The position numbers and the translations under genes were made by a program. The notes below the pieces were generated by a model that saw only the letters and a list, made by a program, of their open reading frames with translations, did not search any database and was not told the origin of the DNA. From positions 27,866 through 91,865 of the forward strand of contig JAYSSS010000085.1 of assembly GCA_043720415.1 (NCBI GenBank): a stretch of 64,000 nt of DNA. Direction: 5' to 3'. This document shows positions 47,384 to 58,681 of this stretch, one piece after another; positions within the stretch are counted from its first letter, which is position 1; every line of letters starts with the position of its first letter. The DNA is from Ideonella sp. (GTDB lineage Bacteria > Pseudomonadota > Gammaproteobacteria > Burkholderiales > Burkholderiaceae_C).

Positions 47384-47428
47384 GGGCATTAGCACTTAGG
47401 GCATCAGCACTCAGGGCTTCAGGCCTCA
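47384..47428. repeat. 15-bp degenerate tandem repeat, 3 copies
   Basis: gggcattagcactta|gggcatcagcactca|gggcttcaggcctca between convergent genes. Confidence 0.75.
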
Positions 47429-47439
47429 CGGCTCAGGGC

Positions 47440-49305
47440 TCAAAGTTCGCTGTACTCGGGCACCCAGGTTTTCAGCAACTGCCTCACCGCGGTGTCGCCC
47501 AAAGGCGCACGCCCGGCCAGATTCACTGCCTGACCGAGCACGCGCTCGGCTTCACCATCATCACGCAGGCGCGCCACGCGCAAGCGCGGCACCGCCGTGG
47601 GCAGGGTGGTGTCGGCGTCGGCCAGAAGCTCCTCGAACAGCTTCTCGCCTGGACGCAGGCCGGTGAACTCGATGGCGATGTCCTCCACCGCATGGCCGGA
47701 CAGGCGAATCATGTCGCGCGCCAGATCGACGATCTTCACCGGCTCGCCCATGTCCAGCACCAGCACCTGGCCGCTCTCGCCGATGGCCGCGGCCTGCAGC
47801 ACCAGGCGCGCGGCCTCGGGGATGGTCATGAAGTAGCGAATGATGTCCGGGTGGGTCACCGTCACCGGCCCGCCGCGGGCGATCTGCTCCTTGAACTTGG
47901 GGATGACGCTGCCGCTGGACCCCAGCACGTTGCCAAAGCGCACGGCCATGAACTGCGTGCCCGGGTGCTGCGCGGCCAGGGCCGAGATCACCATCTCGGC
48001 GGCGCGCTTGGTGGCGCCCATCACATTCGTCGGGTTCACCGCCTTGTCGGTGCTGATCAGCACAAAGCGCTCGGCCCCGGCCTGTGCCGCCGCCAGCGCC
48101 GCCTGATGCGTGCCCAGGGTGTTGTTGCACAGCGCGGCCCAGGCGTTGTGCTCTTCCATCAGCGGCACATGCTTGAAGGCCGCGGCATGGAACACCAGCT
48201 GCGGCGGCCACTGCGCCATGGCGCGCTGCAACTGCGTCGCGTCCTTCACATCGCCGATCAGGCGCACCAGGGGCAGACCGGGAAACTCGACCGACAGCGC
48301 CTGCTCGATGCTGTAGAGGTTGAACTCGCTTTGCTCGAACAGCACCAAGCGTGCCGGCGCCAGGCGCGCCAGTTGGCGGCACAGCTCGGCGCCGATGCTG
48401 CCACCGGCGCCGGTGACGAACACGGTCTTGCCGCCTAACACCTGTTTCATGCCGACATCGTCCAGCACCACGGGCTCGCGGCCGAGCAGATCCTCGGGCT
48501 CGATGTCGCGCACGCGGTCGATGGCGGCGCGGCCATCGTGCAGCTCATCGGCCGAGGGCACGGTGAGCAGCGGCAGCCCCGTGGGTGCGGCCAGCTCCAG
48601 TGCGCGGCGGCGCTGCGAGGCGCGCGCTGCTGGCAGGGCCACGATGACATGCGTGGCCGCCACCTGCGCGGCCTGCGCCACCACCGCCGCCAAGGGCCCA
48701 AGCACGGGCACGCCACCGATGTGGGCGCGCTGCTTGGCGGGGTCGTCATCGAGCAGGCCGACGACCGTCCAACCCTGGCGGTGGATGCCGGCCAAGAGGC
48801 GCCGCGCCGCCTCGCCAGCGCCCATCACCAGCGCCCGCCGCGTGGGTGCGGCCGCGCCGCCCAGACGCGAGCGCGCATGTTCATAAAGTGCGCGATAACT
48901 CAGGCGCACCAGCGCCAGCCCCATCAGCGCCACCACCGGGTGCAGGGCCAGCACGGCACGCGGCACCTGGCGCAGCTGTAGCAGCATGACGATGGCCGCC
49001 GCACCTGTGCCCGCCACCGCGCAGGCCAGCGCCAGGCGCTTGATGTCACCAAAGCCCGAGAAGCGCCACAGCCCCTGCGGCACGCGCAGCGCCGCGAAGG
49101 CCAGCACATAGCCGGCGACGATGGCCAGCATCACCCACAGGTCATAGCCCGGCCGGGCACTCAGCCAGCGCTCGAAACCCAGGCGAAAGAGGTAGGTGAC
49201 GTTCCAGGCCAGGGCCACCACCGCGCCATCGATCAGCAGCGACAGCGGCACGCGCTGTGGCCGCAGGCGCGCCATGAAGCGGTCCAGCCGGTGCCAGTAG
49301 CTCAT
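47440..49305 (-). CDS. Membrane-bound UDP-GlcNAc 4,6-dehydratase (WbpM/WlbL/PglF-like)
   Basis: Four TM segments, IEPEDLLGREP, TGAGGSIG, HAAAFKHVP, STDKAVNPTNVMGATK, RFGNVLGS. Confidence 0.95.
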   Translation of the reverse strand: MSYWHRLDRFMARLRPQRVPLSLLIDGAVVALAWNVTYLFRLGFERWLSARPGYDLWVMLAIVAGYVLAFAALRVPQGLWRFSGFGDIKRLALACAVAGTGAAAIVMLLQLRQVPRAVLALHPVVALMGLALVRLSYRALYEHARSRLGGAAAPTRRALVMGAGEAARRLLAGIHRQGWTVVGLLDDDPAKQRAHIGGVPVLGPLAAVVAQAAQVAATHVIVALPAARASQRRRALELAAPTGLPLLTVPSADELHDGRAAIDRVRDIEPEDLLGREPVVLDDVGMKQVLGGKTVFVTGAGGSIGAELCRQLARLAPARLVLFEQSEFNLYSIEQALSVEFPGLPLVRLIGDVKDATQLQRAMAQWPPQLVFHAAAFKHVPLMEEHNAWAALCNNTLGTHQAALAAAQAGAERFVLISTDKAVNPTNVMGATKRAAEMVISALAAQHPGTQFMAVRFGNVLGSSGSVIPKFKEQIARGGPVTVTHPDIIRYFMTIPEAARLVLQAAAIGESGQVLVLDMGEPVKIVDLARDMIRLSGHAVEDIAIEFTGLRPGEKLFEELLADADTTLPTAVPRLRVARLRDDGEAERVLGQAVNLAGRAPLGDTAVRQLLKTWVPEYSEL

Positions 49306-49922
49306 TGCCTGGCCGCCTGCGACCGCCGCGCCCACCACACCCGCTGCAGGGTGCGCAGGATCACGCGCAGGTCGGAGCCCAGGGTGGCAGCGTCGGCGTA
49401 CTCGGCTTGCAAGGCCAGCTTGCGCGGCAGGATGGACTCGATGTAGGTCGCCTCGGGGTCGGCGCTGCCGGCCAGCATGTCGGTCTCGTCGATGAAGTCC
49501 AGCGCTGCCGGATCGGTGATGCCGGGGCGCACCGCCAGCACGCGCCGGCGCAGGGCCTCGGGGTAGTGGGCGACGAAGCGCGGCACCTCGGGGCGCGGGC
49601 CGACCAGGCTCATGTGGCCTTGCAGCACATCGATCAACTGCGGCAACTCGTCCAGCCGCCAGTGGCGCAGCGCATGGCCCAGGCGGGTGATGCGCGGGTC
49701 GAGGCCCACGGTCACGGCCGGCCCGCTGGCGGGCGCATCCGGGCGCATGCTGCGGAATTTGTGGATGAGAAACAGGCGCCCGCCGCGCCCGACGCGCTGC
49801 TGGCGGAAAAACACTGGCCCTGGGGAATCGAGCTTGACCGCCAGCGCCACGGCCAGCAGCAGCGGCGCGAGCAGCAGCAAGCCCAGCGTGGCCAGCAACA
49901 GATCGAACGCCCGTTTGGCCAT
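49302..49922 (-). CDS. Small phosphoglycosyltransferase (WlbG/PglC-like)
   Basis: KRAFD, KFRSM, DPRIT, LDELPQL, MSLVGPRPE, RPGIT. Confidence 0.93.
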   Translation of the reverse strand: MAKRAFDLLLATLGLLLLAPLLLAVALAVKLDSPGPVFFRQQRVGRGGRLFLIHKFRSMRPDAPASGPAVTVGLDPRITRLGHALRHWRLDELPQLIDVLQGHMSLVGPRPEVPRFVAHYPEALRRRVLAVRPGITDPAALDFIDETDMLAGSADPEATYIESILPRKLALQAEYADAATLGSDLRVILRTLQRVWWARRSQAARQ

Positions 49923-50097
49923 GGTCAGGTGGGAGCAGCGGTCTCGGGCGCGGTCATGGTCTGGCGGGCATGTGGGCAGGGGCGCGGGCAGGTGTGCCAA
50001 CAATCTTTCAGGCGGGCGTTCAGACAAGCGTTCAGGCGGGCGAACAGCAGCGTGAACTGAAGCGGAGCAGCAGCGCAGCACAGCAAGCCGCCACCCC

Positions 50098-51300
50098 TCA
50101 GCCCACCAAGGCGCTGCGCACCGCGGCGATCACGCGCGCCACATCGGCCTCGGTCATGCGCGTATAGATCGGCAGCGACAGCAGTTGTTGATAGGCGCCA
50201 TCGCTGTGCGGAAAATCCGTGTCCTTCAGGTGATAGCGATCACGCCAGTAGGGCTGGCGGTGCAGCGGGATGTAGTGCACGCTGCAGCCTATGCCCAGCG
50301 TATACAGCCGCTCGATGAAGGCGTCGCGATCGATGCCCGCCGCGGCGCCCAGGCGCAAAGGGTAGAGGTGCCAGGCGTGCAGCTCGCCGGCCGGGGCGGG
50401 CGGCGCGCAGATCAGTGGCAGGCCGGCAAAGGCCGCGCTGTAGCGCGCCGCAATCGATGCGCGCTGTTGTTGAAAGGCCCGCGCCTTCTTCAACTGGTGC
50501 AGGCCTATGGCCGCGGCGATGTCGGTGAGGTTGTACTTGTAGCCCGGGGCAATGACCTCGTAGTACCAGCTGGGCACGGTGGCGGTGAAGCGATCAAAGG
50601 CATCGCGGCTCATGCCGTGCAGGCGCATCACACGGGCGCGCTGGGCCAGCGCGGCGTCGCGCGTGACCAGCATGCCGCCCTCGCCGGTGGTGATGGTCTT
50701 GTTGGCGTAGAAGCTGAAGACCGTGGCGTCACTGCCTAACGCACCAATCAAGCGGCCTTGGCTGGTGCTGGGCAGCGCATGTGCAGCGTCTTCTACCACG
50801 CGCAGATCGTGTTGCATTGCCAACTGCAGCAGCGCGGGCATGTCGGCCGCCAGGCCGCCGTAGTGCACGGGGATGATGGCCTTGGTGCGCGGCGTGATGG
50901 CCGCGGCCACCAAGACCGGATCGATGTTCAGCGTGGCCGGGTCGATGTCCACCAGCACCACATCGGCGCCCAGGTAGCGCACCACCTCGGCGGTGGCGGT
51001 GAAAGTGTGGGTGGTGGTGATGACCTCATCACCCGGGCCGATGCCCAAGGCTTCCAGCGCCAGGTGCAAGCCGGCGGTGGCCGAGTTCACGGCGATGCAG
51101 TGCAGGGATGCGTCGCCCAGGAAGGCGGCGAAGTCGGCCTCAAAGCGCTTGGCCTTGGGGCCGGTGGTGACCCAGCCGGACCTGAGGGTGTCGACGACCT
51201 CGGCGATCTCGTCCTCGCCTATCTCAGGCAGGGCAAAGGGCAGGAAGGGCAGGCGGGGCAAATCGGATGCGGCGGGCGTATCGGTCACAGCGTCACTCAA
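50098..51300 (-). CDS. DegT-family aminotransferase (WlbF-like)
   Basis: [35 protein letters not shown]. Confidence 0.93.
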   Translation of the reverse strand: MSDAVTDTPAASDLPRLPFLPFALPEIGEDEIAEVVDTLRSGWVTTGPKAKRFEADFAAFLGDASLHCIAVNSATAGLHLALEALGIGPGDEVITTTHTFTATAEVVRYLGADVVLVDIDPATLNIDPVLVAAAITPRTKAIIPVHYGGLAADMPALLQLAMQHDLRVVEDAAHALPSTSQGRLIGALGSDATVFSFYANKTITTGEGGMLVTRDAALAQRARVMRLHGMSRDAFDRFTATVPSWYYEVIAPGYKYNLTDIAAAIGLHQLKKARAFQQQRASIAARYSAAFAGLPLICAPPAPAGELHAWHLYPLRLGAAAGIDRDAFIERLYTLGIGCSVHYIPLHRQPYWRDRYHLKDTDFPHSDGAYQQLLSLPIYTRMTEADVARVIAAVRSALVG

Positions 51301-52079
51301 ACGGCGGGTTTCTCAAGCCAGGCCAGCACATGGGTGCGCAGTGCCGGCAAGGCGTTGAACACAGGGTACAGCAGGGGATGCAGGCGGCACACGGCGCGGG
51401 CAATGGGCGGCGCCAGGGTGACGCGCTGCGCCACCAGGCGCGCCTGCGGAAAGAGCACCCGCAGCCTGGCCAGAGGCACGCCGCGCACATCGGCGTTGCG
51501 CGGGTTGTTGACGGTGAAGTCGTACCACAGCACACCGCCGCCGGGCTTGAGCCAGGACCACATGGCCGCGGCCAGTTGCTGCTGGAAGGCGTCATCCAGC
51601 AGCGAGGAAAACACCGTGGACTGCAACACCAGGTCCTGGCTGCCCGGCGCGAGCGGCCACTGGCTGGCATCACCCTGCCACAGCCTCACCGACTGCGGCA
51701 GGACGCGCCGGGCTTGATCAAAGCGCTCGGGCAGCAGCTCGGCGCCGCTGAGCCGCTCGGGCGCGAAGCCGATGCGCAACAGCTCCAGCAAATTGCCCCC
51801 CGCGCCGCAGCCCACCTCGGCCACGCGGCGCTGTGCCAGATCGGCCCAGCCCAGGCGTGCGAACAAGCGCAGCATGGCGCGCTGGCGCTCTTGCACGCTG
51901 TGCCAGACATCGGGCTGCAGCAGGCTGTAGCGGTCAGGGTGATCGCGGCGGGCGTAGCGTTGGGCCACGGCCTGCGGCTCGGCGCCGGGTGTGGGCGGCG
52001 GCACTGGCGCCGATGTGGGCGGCGGCACAGGCACCGATGTGCCCGCCCGCACCGCGCCGTGGGGGTCTTGATCGCTCAC
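51297..52079 (-). CDS. Class I SAM-dependent methyltransferase
   Basis: [29 protein letters not shown]. Confidence 0.9.
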   Translation of the reverse strand: MSDQDPHGAVRAGTSVPVPPPTSAPVPPPTPGAEPQAVAQRYARRDHPDRYSLLQPDVWHSVQERQRAMLRLFARLGWADLAQRRVAEVGCGAGGNLLELLRIGFAPERLSGAELLPERFDQARRVLPQSVRLWQGDASQWPLAPGSQDLVLQSTVFSSLLDDAFQQQLAAAMWSWLKPGGGVLWYDFTVNNPRNADVRGVPLARLRVLFPQARLVAQRVTLAPPIARAVCRLHPLLYPVFNALPALRTHVLAWLEKPAV

Positions 52080-53422
52080 GCCTGCACCGCCTGCAAGAAG
52101 CGCTGCGCCAGCACCGCGTAGGTGTGCTCGGCCAGCACAAAGGCGCGGCCGCGCTGGCCCATGGCGCGGCGCTGCGCAGCCGACAGCGCCACCATCTGGC
52201 GCAGGCCCGCGGCGATGTCCACGGGCGACTCGGGCGCCACGGTCAGACCGCAGCCACTCTCGGCCACCGGGTCGTTGCCGGCGGCCACCGAATGCAGCAC
52301 GGCGCAGCCGGCCATCATGTAATCCATCAGCTTGTTGGGGGCGATGCCGAAGCGGTAGATCGGCACATCCTGCCAGCCGATGTAAGCGACATCGAGCTCA
52401 GCCAGAAAGGCCGGAATCTGCGCCTTGGCAATGGCCGGCAGCAGCAGCACATGCTGCAGATGTTCATGGGCGATGCGCGCAACCAGGCGCTCGCGCTCCA
52501 GGCCATCGCCGACCATGACGATGGCCAGGGCGTCGTCGCGCAGCAGCGCCGCGGCGTCGAGCAAGCTGCCCAGGGCATTGGGCAGGCCCATGGAGCCGGC
52601 ATAGCCCACGATGCGCCGGCCCGCGGCGCGCTGCTCGGCGATGGCCGAGGCCACATCGGCACGCAAGCCTGGCCGGGTGTCGGCGACCGCCGGCTTGTCG
52701 GCAGCGGCAAGCGCATCGCCGGCAACCCGCGGCACAACACCCTCCCCGCCCCATTCATCGAGCGCAATGCCATTGGGCACGATGCACAGGCGGCGCAGGT
52801 CCAGACCGCGCGCGGCCACATGGTCCTGCACCTTGGGCAGCATGGACACCACGCAATCGGCGTGGCGGTAAGCCGCCAGCTCTGCGCGGGCACACAACTG
52901 AATGAAGGGGTGCCAGCGCGACATGCCCGACAGCTCCATGGGCGACAGCGGCCACAGGTCGTGCAGCTCGAACACCAGCGTGGCGGCTGCGGCCTGCGCG
53001 GCCCGGCCGTTGCGGGCGGCCGAGGGTGAGCTGCCGCCATCGCGCTGCACACTCAACTGCGCAATGCGCCGCGCCGGCCAGATGTCCATGGGGTAGGTGC
53101 TCGACGCAATCACCACATCGGGCCGGAACTCAGCCGCCAGGCGCGGCGCCTGCTGCCAGACCTGCTGCAAGTAGCGCCAGATGTTCCAGGCTCGGCCGAA
53201 ACCGTTGCCGGCGTAGCGCGGCAGTGGCAACCAGCGGTAGTGGATGCCGTCAATGAGCTCGTCGCCCGCCGTGGGCTGCTGGCTGCGCACATGCGAGTAG
53301 GCGCCGGCCACGATCAACACCTGGTGACCCAGGCGCACCCACTCGCGCGACAGGTAATAGGGCCGGTATTCCATGCCCAGGGCGGGGCTGCCGGCGTAGT
53401 GGTTGAGGTAGAGGATGTTCAT
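52076..53422 (-). CDS. Glycosyltransferase family 4 (WbuB/WlbE-like)
   Basis: MNILYLNHYAGSP, ELHDLWP, YAGSMG, PNKLMDYM. Confidence 0.92.
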   Translation of the reverse strand: MNILYLNHYAGSPALGMEYRPYYLSREWVRLGHQVLIVAGAYSHVRSQQPTAGDELIDGIHYRWLPLPRYAGNGFGRAWNIWRYLQQVWQQAPRLAAEFRPDVVIASSTYPMDIWPARRIAQLSVQRDGGSSPSAARNGRAAQAAAATLVFELHDLWPLSPMELSGMSRWHPFIQLCARAELAAYRHADCVVSMLPKVQDHVAARGLDLRRLCIVPNGIALDEWGGEGVVPRVAGDALAAADKPAVADTRPGLRADVASAIAEQRAAGRRIVGYAGSMGLPNALGSLLDAAALLRDDALAIVMVGDGLERERLVARIAHEHLQHVLLLPAIAKAQIPAFLAELDVAYIGWQDVPIYRFGIAPNKLMDYMMAGCAVLHSVAAGNDPVAESGCGLTVAPESPVDIAAGLRQMVALSAAQRRAMGQRGRAFVLAEHTYAVLAQRFLQAVQA

Positions 53423-54558
53423 GGCAGCCGCTGCGGTGACGCGCCATGGGCCTGGCCAGGGGCCTGGCCAGGGGCCGAAGCGATGGTCTGCAGCCGGGCC
53501 AGCAGGCGCTCGATGCAGGGGCCAAACAGCGCATGCTCGGCGACCCACTGGCGATTGCGCGCCTGCACCGGTGCCGCCCTGTCGGCCAAGGCCTGCAGCG
53601 CTGCCATCGGCAGCGCCTGATCCCGGGCATCGCCCACCAGCCAGCCGTTGTCGGCGTGCCGCACCAGCTCGCGATTGGCCGGCAGGTCAGACAAGATCGG
53701 CAAGCAGCCCTGGGCCATGGCCTCGATCACCGACACCGACACCGAATCACTCGCCGGCAGACTCACATACCACTGCGCCTGCTGATACCAGAGGGCCTGT
53801 GCCGCGGCGCCTAACCTGCCAACAAAGCGGACGCGATCGGCCAGGCCCTGGTCACGCACGCTTTGCTCGAGCGCTGGCCGCAGCGAGCCTTCGTTGGCCA
53901 CCACCAGTTGCGCCTGTGGCTGCTGGGCCGCGATGTCGGCAAACCGCGAGAGCACGCGCTCGGGCTGGTAGATCGGCTCCAGCGCGCGGTTGGCAAAAAA
54001 CAGCCAGGGCTGCTTGGGCGGCGGCAGTGGCGGCAGCGCCTCCAGGCCGAAGGGAAAGACCATGAGCTCGGGCGCGCCGAACTCAGCCATGCGCTGCGCC
54101 ATGTGTTGTGAGTCGCTGGTGGCCAGTGCCGCGCCGCCCAGCACACGCCGCAGCGCCCAGCGGTAGGCCGCATGGCGCTGCGGTGTGACCAGCACATCGC
54201 TGCCCCAGGCCGAGGCCAGCAGCCTGCCGCGCAGGCGCCACAGGCGCTGCGCCGCCCAGGCCAGGCTGCCGTGCGAGCTGAGGTAATGGGCATTGATCCA
54301 GTCGGCGTCCACCCGCGCCAGCCAGCGGCCCAGTGCCGGCAGTTGGCGCAGCAGGCCGATGTTGCCGCCGGCCGCATCCGGCCGGGTGTTCAAGACCAGG
54401 CAGCGCTCGATGGGCACACAGGCCGCCAAGGCCGCCGACAGGCCGGTGCTGGAGGCCACCCACAGCTCGACCCGCGGCGCCAACGCCCGCGCCCACTTGG
54501 CCAGGTGCGGGCTGTGGCCGTCGCCGATCAAGGCGTAGCGCAGCGGGGGCGGGGTCAT
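53419..54558 (-). CDS. Glycosyltransferase family 4
   Basis: NAHY, AWGSDV, NRALEPIY, SVSVIEAMAQG.P.LSD. Confidence 0.88.
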   Translation of the reverse strand: MTPPPLRYALIGDGHSPHLAKWARALAPRVELWVASSTGLSAALAACVPIERCLVLNTRPDAAGGNIGLLRQLPALGRWLARVDADWINAHYLSSHGSLAWAAQRLWRLRGRLLASAWGSDVLVTPQRHAAYRWALRRVLGGAALATSDSQHMAQRMAEFGAPELMVFPFGLEALPPLPPPKQPWLFFANRALEPIYQPERVLSRFADIAAQQPQAQLVVANEGSLRPALEQSVRDQGLADRVRFVGRLGAAAQALWYQQAQWYVSLPASDSVSVSVIEAMAQGCLPILSDLPANRELVRHADNGWLVGDARDQALPMAALQALADRAAPVQARNRQWVAEHALFGPCIERLLARLQTIASAPGQAPGQAHGASPQRLP

Positions 54559-55337
54559 CGCGGGCTGCGCAAGGTGGCGCCCGGGTTGCCTTCGGGGCCC
54601 TCATCCACCCGGCCCTCATCCACCCCGTCATCCAGCACGCCCGCTGGCAGGGCGCCCGCCCAGGCGCTGTAGGCGGGCTGCAGCTCAGGGTGCCGTTGCA
54701 GCCACGGGGCATCGCGCTCGCGCGTGTCGCCCACCACCTGCGCCGGGTTGCCGGCCAACACCGCAAACGGCGGGTGCTCACCGCGCACGCGGCTGTAGGC
54801 CGCCACCAGGCTGCCCCGGCCCAGGCGCGTGCCGGCCTCGACCAGGCTGTGCGGCCCGATGTAGCTGTAGGCGCCGATGTGGATGGGCGCGCGGATGTCG
54901 CCGATGCGCTCACCCGAAGCCGCCGCGCTGAGCCGGCCCATGAGGCGTATCGAGCGGTGCGTGCTGTGCGTCACCAGGCTGCAGAAATTGGTGATCTGCA
55001 CGCCCTCCTCGATCACCATGCCGGCGCTGGCCTCCAGAAAGTTGAACTGGCCGATGAAGATGTAGTCGGCCAGGCGCAGGCCGGCCTGGCCTTCCAGGCA
55101 GGTGCTGGGGGCGATGCGGGTGGCGGCGAGCTGTGTGCTGCCGCGGTGCGGGGCCATGGCGCCGGGTGCTGTCGTGCTGGTGGATGTGGCGTCGGGCACG
55201 GTCGTGTTGTTGGCTGCCACCAACGGCAAGGCGGTCGCACGCTCACCAAACAGCATGCGATAGGCCAGCGCGTGCCACAGCCACCGCCGCAGGCGGTTGA
55301 TCCAGCAGCGCAGGGGCGACTCAGGCGCCAGCCGCAT
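54555..55337 (-). CDS. Hexapeptide-repeat acyltransferase
   Basis: IGQFNFL, IHIGAYSYIG, VLAGNPAQVVG; start uncertain. Confidence 0.82.
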   Translation of the reverse strand: MRLAPESPLRCWINRLRRWLWHALAYRMLFGERATALPLVAANNTTVPDATSTSTTAPGAMAPHRGSTQLAATRIAPSTCLEGQAGLRLADYIFIGQFNFLEASAGMVIEEGVQITNFCSLVTHSTHRSIRLMGRLSAAASGERIGDIRAPIHIGAYSYIGPHSLVEAGTRLGRGSLVAAYSRVRGEHPPFAVLAGNPAQVVGDTRERDAPWLQRHPELQPAYSAWAGALPAGVLDDGVDEGRVDEGPEGNPGATLRSPR

Positions 55338-56706
55338 GGGGCACAGCCGGCCAGGTGGCCAGCTTCCAAAAGTACCAGGCAAAGTACGCGCCCATGGCCG
55401 CCGACACGGCCCAGGCCGCAGCGATCAAGCCGCCCCAGACCAGGCCCGCGGCCATGGCCAGCAAAAACAGCGCCTGCCCGACCAGGGCCAGGCGCAGGGC
55501 CCAGGCCTGGGCCTGCCAGGCCATGCTCACCACGGCCAGCGGCGAGGCGATGAAATGCAGTGCGATGTAAGGCGCCAGGGCGCGCGCCAGCTCGCCCGCG
55601 TCGCGCCAACGCTCGCCAAAGGCCAGGGCAAAGAGGGCCGGCCCGGCCAGCAGCAAGAGCGCCGCCAATGGCAGGGCCACCGCCGCCAGCAAGGCCATCA
55701 CCTGGCGCACCATGGCTCGGGCCTGGGCCGGATCGGCCAGCACCAGCTTGGGGTACAGCGCCTGTGACACCGCACCGCCCACCAAGGTGGCCGGGGCCTT
55801 CAGATAGCGCAACGCCAGGCCCCAAAAACCCACCGCCGCATCGCCCGACCAGGCCGCCAGCAGCAGCACCGCCAGCGTGTCTTGCAGCGCGCCGGCAAAG
55901 GCGTGCGGCGCATTGAACAGCGGGAAGTCGCGGTGCCTGGACGCCGCCGCGCGCAGGGCCCCGGACGCGGGGCGCAGCACCTGGTGCAGCGCCTGGCGTG
56001 GCAACTTCGCCAAGAGCGCCACCGCCGCCGCCGCGGCCACGATGGGCGCGGCCAGCAGCCCCCACAGAGAGGCCCCGGCCAGCCCCGCCGCCACCTGGCC
56101 GAGCGCGCCGCCGCCGTGCTGCAGCACCCGGCTGGCGGCCAGGGTGGTGAAGCGCTGCTGGCGGCTGGCCCACAGCGTGAACAACTGGCAGGCGCCCAGG
56201 GCAAGCACCGCCATGGGCAGGGCCAGCCAAAGGGCGGCGCTGTCGGGCGAGGCTTCAGTGCCCGCGCTCGGCAAGGCCAGCGCGATGACGCCGGCACCGA
56301 TGGCGGCGAGCACCGTCATCACCCCCAGCAGCCGCAAACACAGCGCCAGCACGGCGCCCGCGCCGGCCTCGTCGCGCTCCAGTGGCAGGGCAAATTCATA
56401 GCGCAGGCAGGCCACCACGGCCAGGTTGGCGGCCACTGTCCAGAGGGTGGTGTAGGCGCCGAATTGCTCGGGCGTGAACAGTCGGGCCAACCAAGGGCCC
56501 AGCAGCAGCGGAAGCGCCTGCGCCAGCGCGCCGCCCGCCAGCAGGGTGAGCGTGGCGCGCCACAGGCTGAGGCTGGCGGTGGCCTTTGCGCCGGCACCGG
56601 CTCGGTCGGTGGCTGCGGCGCCCGCGGCCACAGCGCCCGCCGCCGTTGTGCCGGCGGCACCCAGCGCAGCGCCACGCTCCAAGCCAGAACCGGTGGCCTC
56701 AGACAT
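55321..56706 (-). CDS. Wzx-like oligosaccharide flippase
   Basis: RLFTPEQFG, LRYEFAL, many hydrophobic segments, FGERW..AG; start uncertain. Confidence 0.85.
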   Translation of the reverse strand: MSEATGSGLERGAALGAAGTTAAGAVAAGAAATDRAGAGAKATASLSLWRATLTLLAGGALAQALPLLLGPWLARLFTPEQFGAYTTLWTVAANLAVVACLRYEFALPLERDEAGAGAVLALCLRLLGVMTVLAAIGAGVIALALPSAGTEASPDSAALWLALPMAVLALGACQLFTLWASRQQRFTTLAASRVLQHGGGALGQVAAGLAGASLWGLLAAPIVAAAAAVALLAKLPRQALHQVLRPASGALRAAASRHRDFPLFNAPHAFAGALQDTLAVLLLAAWSGDAAVGFWGLALRYLKAPATLVGGAVSQALYPKLVLADPAQARAMVRQVMALLAAVALPLAALLLLAGPALFALAFGERWRDAGELARALAPYIALHFIASPLAVVSMAWQAQAWALRLALVGQALFLLAMAAGLVWGGLIAAAWAVSAAMGAYFAWYFWKLATWPAVPHAAGA

Positions 56707-56734
56707 GGTCAGGGCAGCCCCGCTGGCGCCGGGC

Positions 56735-57892
56735 TCAGCCGCCCAGCGCACGCGCCAGCGCGGCCACGACACGGTCCTGGTCGGCCTCGGTCAAATCAGC
56801 GCTCATCGGCAGGCTGAGTACACGCTGCGCGGCGCGGATGCTGTGCACAAATGCCGCCGCGTCCTGGCCCGCCGCATAGGCCGGCTGGTGGTGCAAGGGC
56901 TTGGGGTAGTGCACGGCGGTGGGAATACCGGCCAATTTGAGCGACTGCTGTACCGCCGCGCGGTCATCCACCAGCACGGTGTATTGCGCCCAGACGCAGT
57001 CGCGATCAGCGCGCACCGCCAGCCGATCAAGCGCCAGGCCGCGCTCGGCGATCAAGCGCCCATAGCGCGCACCGATGGCCAGGCGGCGCCCGGTCTCCCA
57101 ATCGAAACGCTCCAGCTTGCCCAGGATCACGGCGCACTGCAGGGTGTCCATGCGCCCACCCACGCCGACGCGCGTGTGCTGGTAGCGGCCGCTCTGGCCG
57201 TGGACGCGTATTTCGCGTGTTGCCTGGGCCAGCGCGTCGTCGCTGGTGAACAGCGCGCCGCCATCGCCATAGCAGCCCAGCGGCTTGCTGGGGAAGAAGC
57301 TGGTGGCGCCGAAGGTGGACAGGTTGCAGCTCTTGCGCGCGGCGCTGTTGGCCTGTTGGGTGGGGCCGCGCGCGGCAACCGGGGCGGCCGCGCCACGGTA
57401 GCTGGCGCCAAAGCTCTGCGCCGCGTCTTCGATCACCGCCAGGCCATGGCGCGCCGCGACGGCATTGATGGCGTCCATGTCGGACACCTGGCCATACAGG
57501 CTCACCGGCATGATGGCGCGGGTGCGCGCCGTGATCGCCGCCTCGATCAGCGTGGCATCGATGTTGCAGGTGTCGGGTTCGATGTCCACATACACCGGCG
57601 AGGCGCCGATGAGCACAATCATTTCGGCCGTGGCGGCGAATGTGAAGGGCGTGGTGATGACCTCGTCGCCCGGCCGTATGCCGAGTGCCATCAGCGCGAT
57701 CAGCAGGGCCTCGGTGCCGCTGGCCACGGCCACGCAATGCGCGGCGCCGGTGTGGGCGGCCAGCGCCGCTTCCATCTCGGCGACCTCGGGGCCCATGATG
57801 TACTGGCCATGGTCGAGCACACGCTGGATGCGGGCGTCGATGCTGGGCTTGAGCGCCGCGTATTGCGCCTTGAGATCGATGAACTGCATCAT
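56735..57892 (-). CDS. wbpE: UDP-GlcNAc(3keto)A aminotransferase (WbpE/WlbC-like)
   Basis: MQFIDLKAQY, HGQYIMGPEV, EDAAQSFGA, SFFPSKPLGCYGDGG. Confidence 0.88.
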   Translation of the reverse strand: MMQFIDLKAQYAALKPSIDARIQRVLDHGQYIMGPEVAEMEAALAAHTGAAHCVAVASGTEALLIALMALGIRPGDEVITTPFTFAATAEMIVLIGASPVYVDIEPDTCNIDATLIEAAITARTRAIMPVSLYGQVSDMDAINAVAARHGLAVIEDAAQSFGASYRGAAAPVAARGPTQQANSAARKSCNLSTFGATSFFPSKPLGCYGDGGALFTSDDALAQATREIRVHGQSGRYQHTRVGVGGRMDTLQCAVILGKLERFDWETGRRLAIGARYGRLIAERGLALDRLAVRADRDCVWAQYTVLVDDRAAVQQSLKLAGIPTAVHYPKPLHHQPAYAAGQDAAAFVHSIRAAQRVLSLPMSADLTEADQDRVVAALARALGG

Positions 57893-57990
57893 TGGATTGT
57901 CGGTGGGCCTGCGCGGCGCGGGTCGTTGGCTTGCGCTGGCCGGTGTGGACGAGGCTGTACGGATGCAAGGCTGCAAGCCGTGCCGCCGAT

Positions 57991-58572
57991 TCAATCGGCC
58001 AGCGCCACCAGCGCCTCGCCGTCCAGCCGATAGCGCTCACCCGTGGCTTTGCAGACCGCCGTGCCCTGGCCGGTTGCGGGCAGATCCAGCCGCTCACCAT
58101 GCCGGCTCATCCAGCCGATGCGCCGCGCCGGCACGCCCACCACCAGCGCAAAGGCCGGCACATCGCGACTGACCACGGCGCCGGCGCCCACAAAAGCGTA
58201 CTCGCCCACCGTGCTGCCGCAGACGATGGTGCAGTTGGCCCCCAGCGTGGCGCCGCGGCGCACCAGGGTGCGCCGGTACTCGGCCTTGCGCGGCACGGCC
58301 GAGCGCGGGTTGTGCACATTGGTGAAGACCATGCTCGGGCCGCAGAAGACATCGTCTTCGAGCGTGACCGCGTCATACACCGAGACGTTGTTCTGGATCT
58401 TCACGTTGTCGCCAATGCGCACATCGTCACCCACATAGACGCCCTGGCCCAGGGAGCAAGCGCGGCCGATGCGTGCGCCCGCACTGATGTGCACAAAGTG
58501 CCAGACGCGGCAGCCCTCGCCGAGCTGGGCGCCGGCGTCAACGATGGCGCTGGGGTGGATGGTGGTGGCCAT
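57991..58572 (-). CDS. wbpD: UDP-GlcNAc(3NH2)A N-acetyltransferase (WbpD/WlbB-like)
   Basis: [36 protein letters not shown]. Confidence 0.92.
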   Translation of the reverse strand: MATTIHPSAIVDAGAQLGEGCRVWHFVHISAGARIGRACSLGQGVYVGDDVRIGDNVKIQNNVSVYDAVTLEDDVFCGPSMVFTNVHNPRSAVPRKAEYRRTLVRRGATLGANCTIVCGSTVGEYAFVGAGAVVSRDVPAFALVVGVPARRIGWMSRHGERLDLPATGQGTAVCKATGERYRLDGEALVALAD

Positions 58573-58610
58573 GGCGGGGTGGGTGCGGGTGGGTGTCAGG
58601 GCGGGTGAGG

Positions 58611-58676
58611 GACTGCGACTGCGACTGCGACTGCGACTGCGGCGGCGGCGGCGTCGGCGGCAACTGCGGCGGCTGC
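58611..58676. repeat. Microsatellite (GACTGC)5 followed by a GGC-rich tract
   Basis: Read directly; lies between wbpB and wbpD. Confidence 0.9.
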
Positions 58677-58681
58677 CTAAC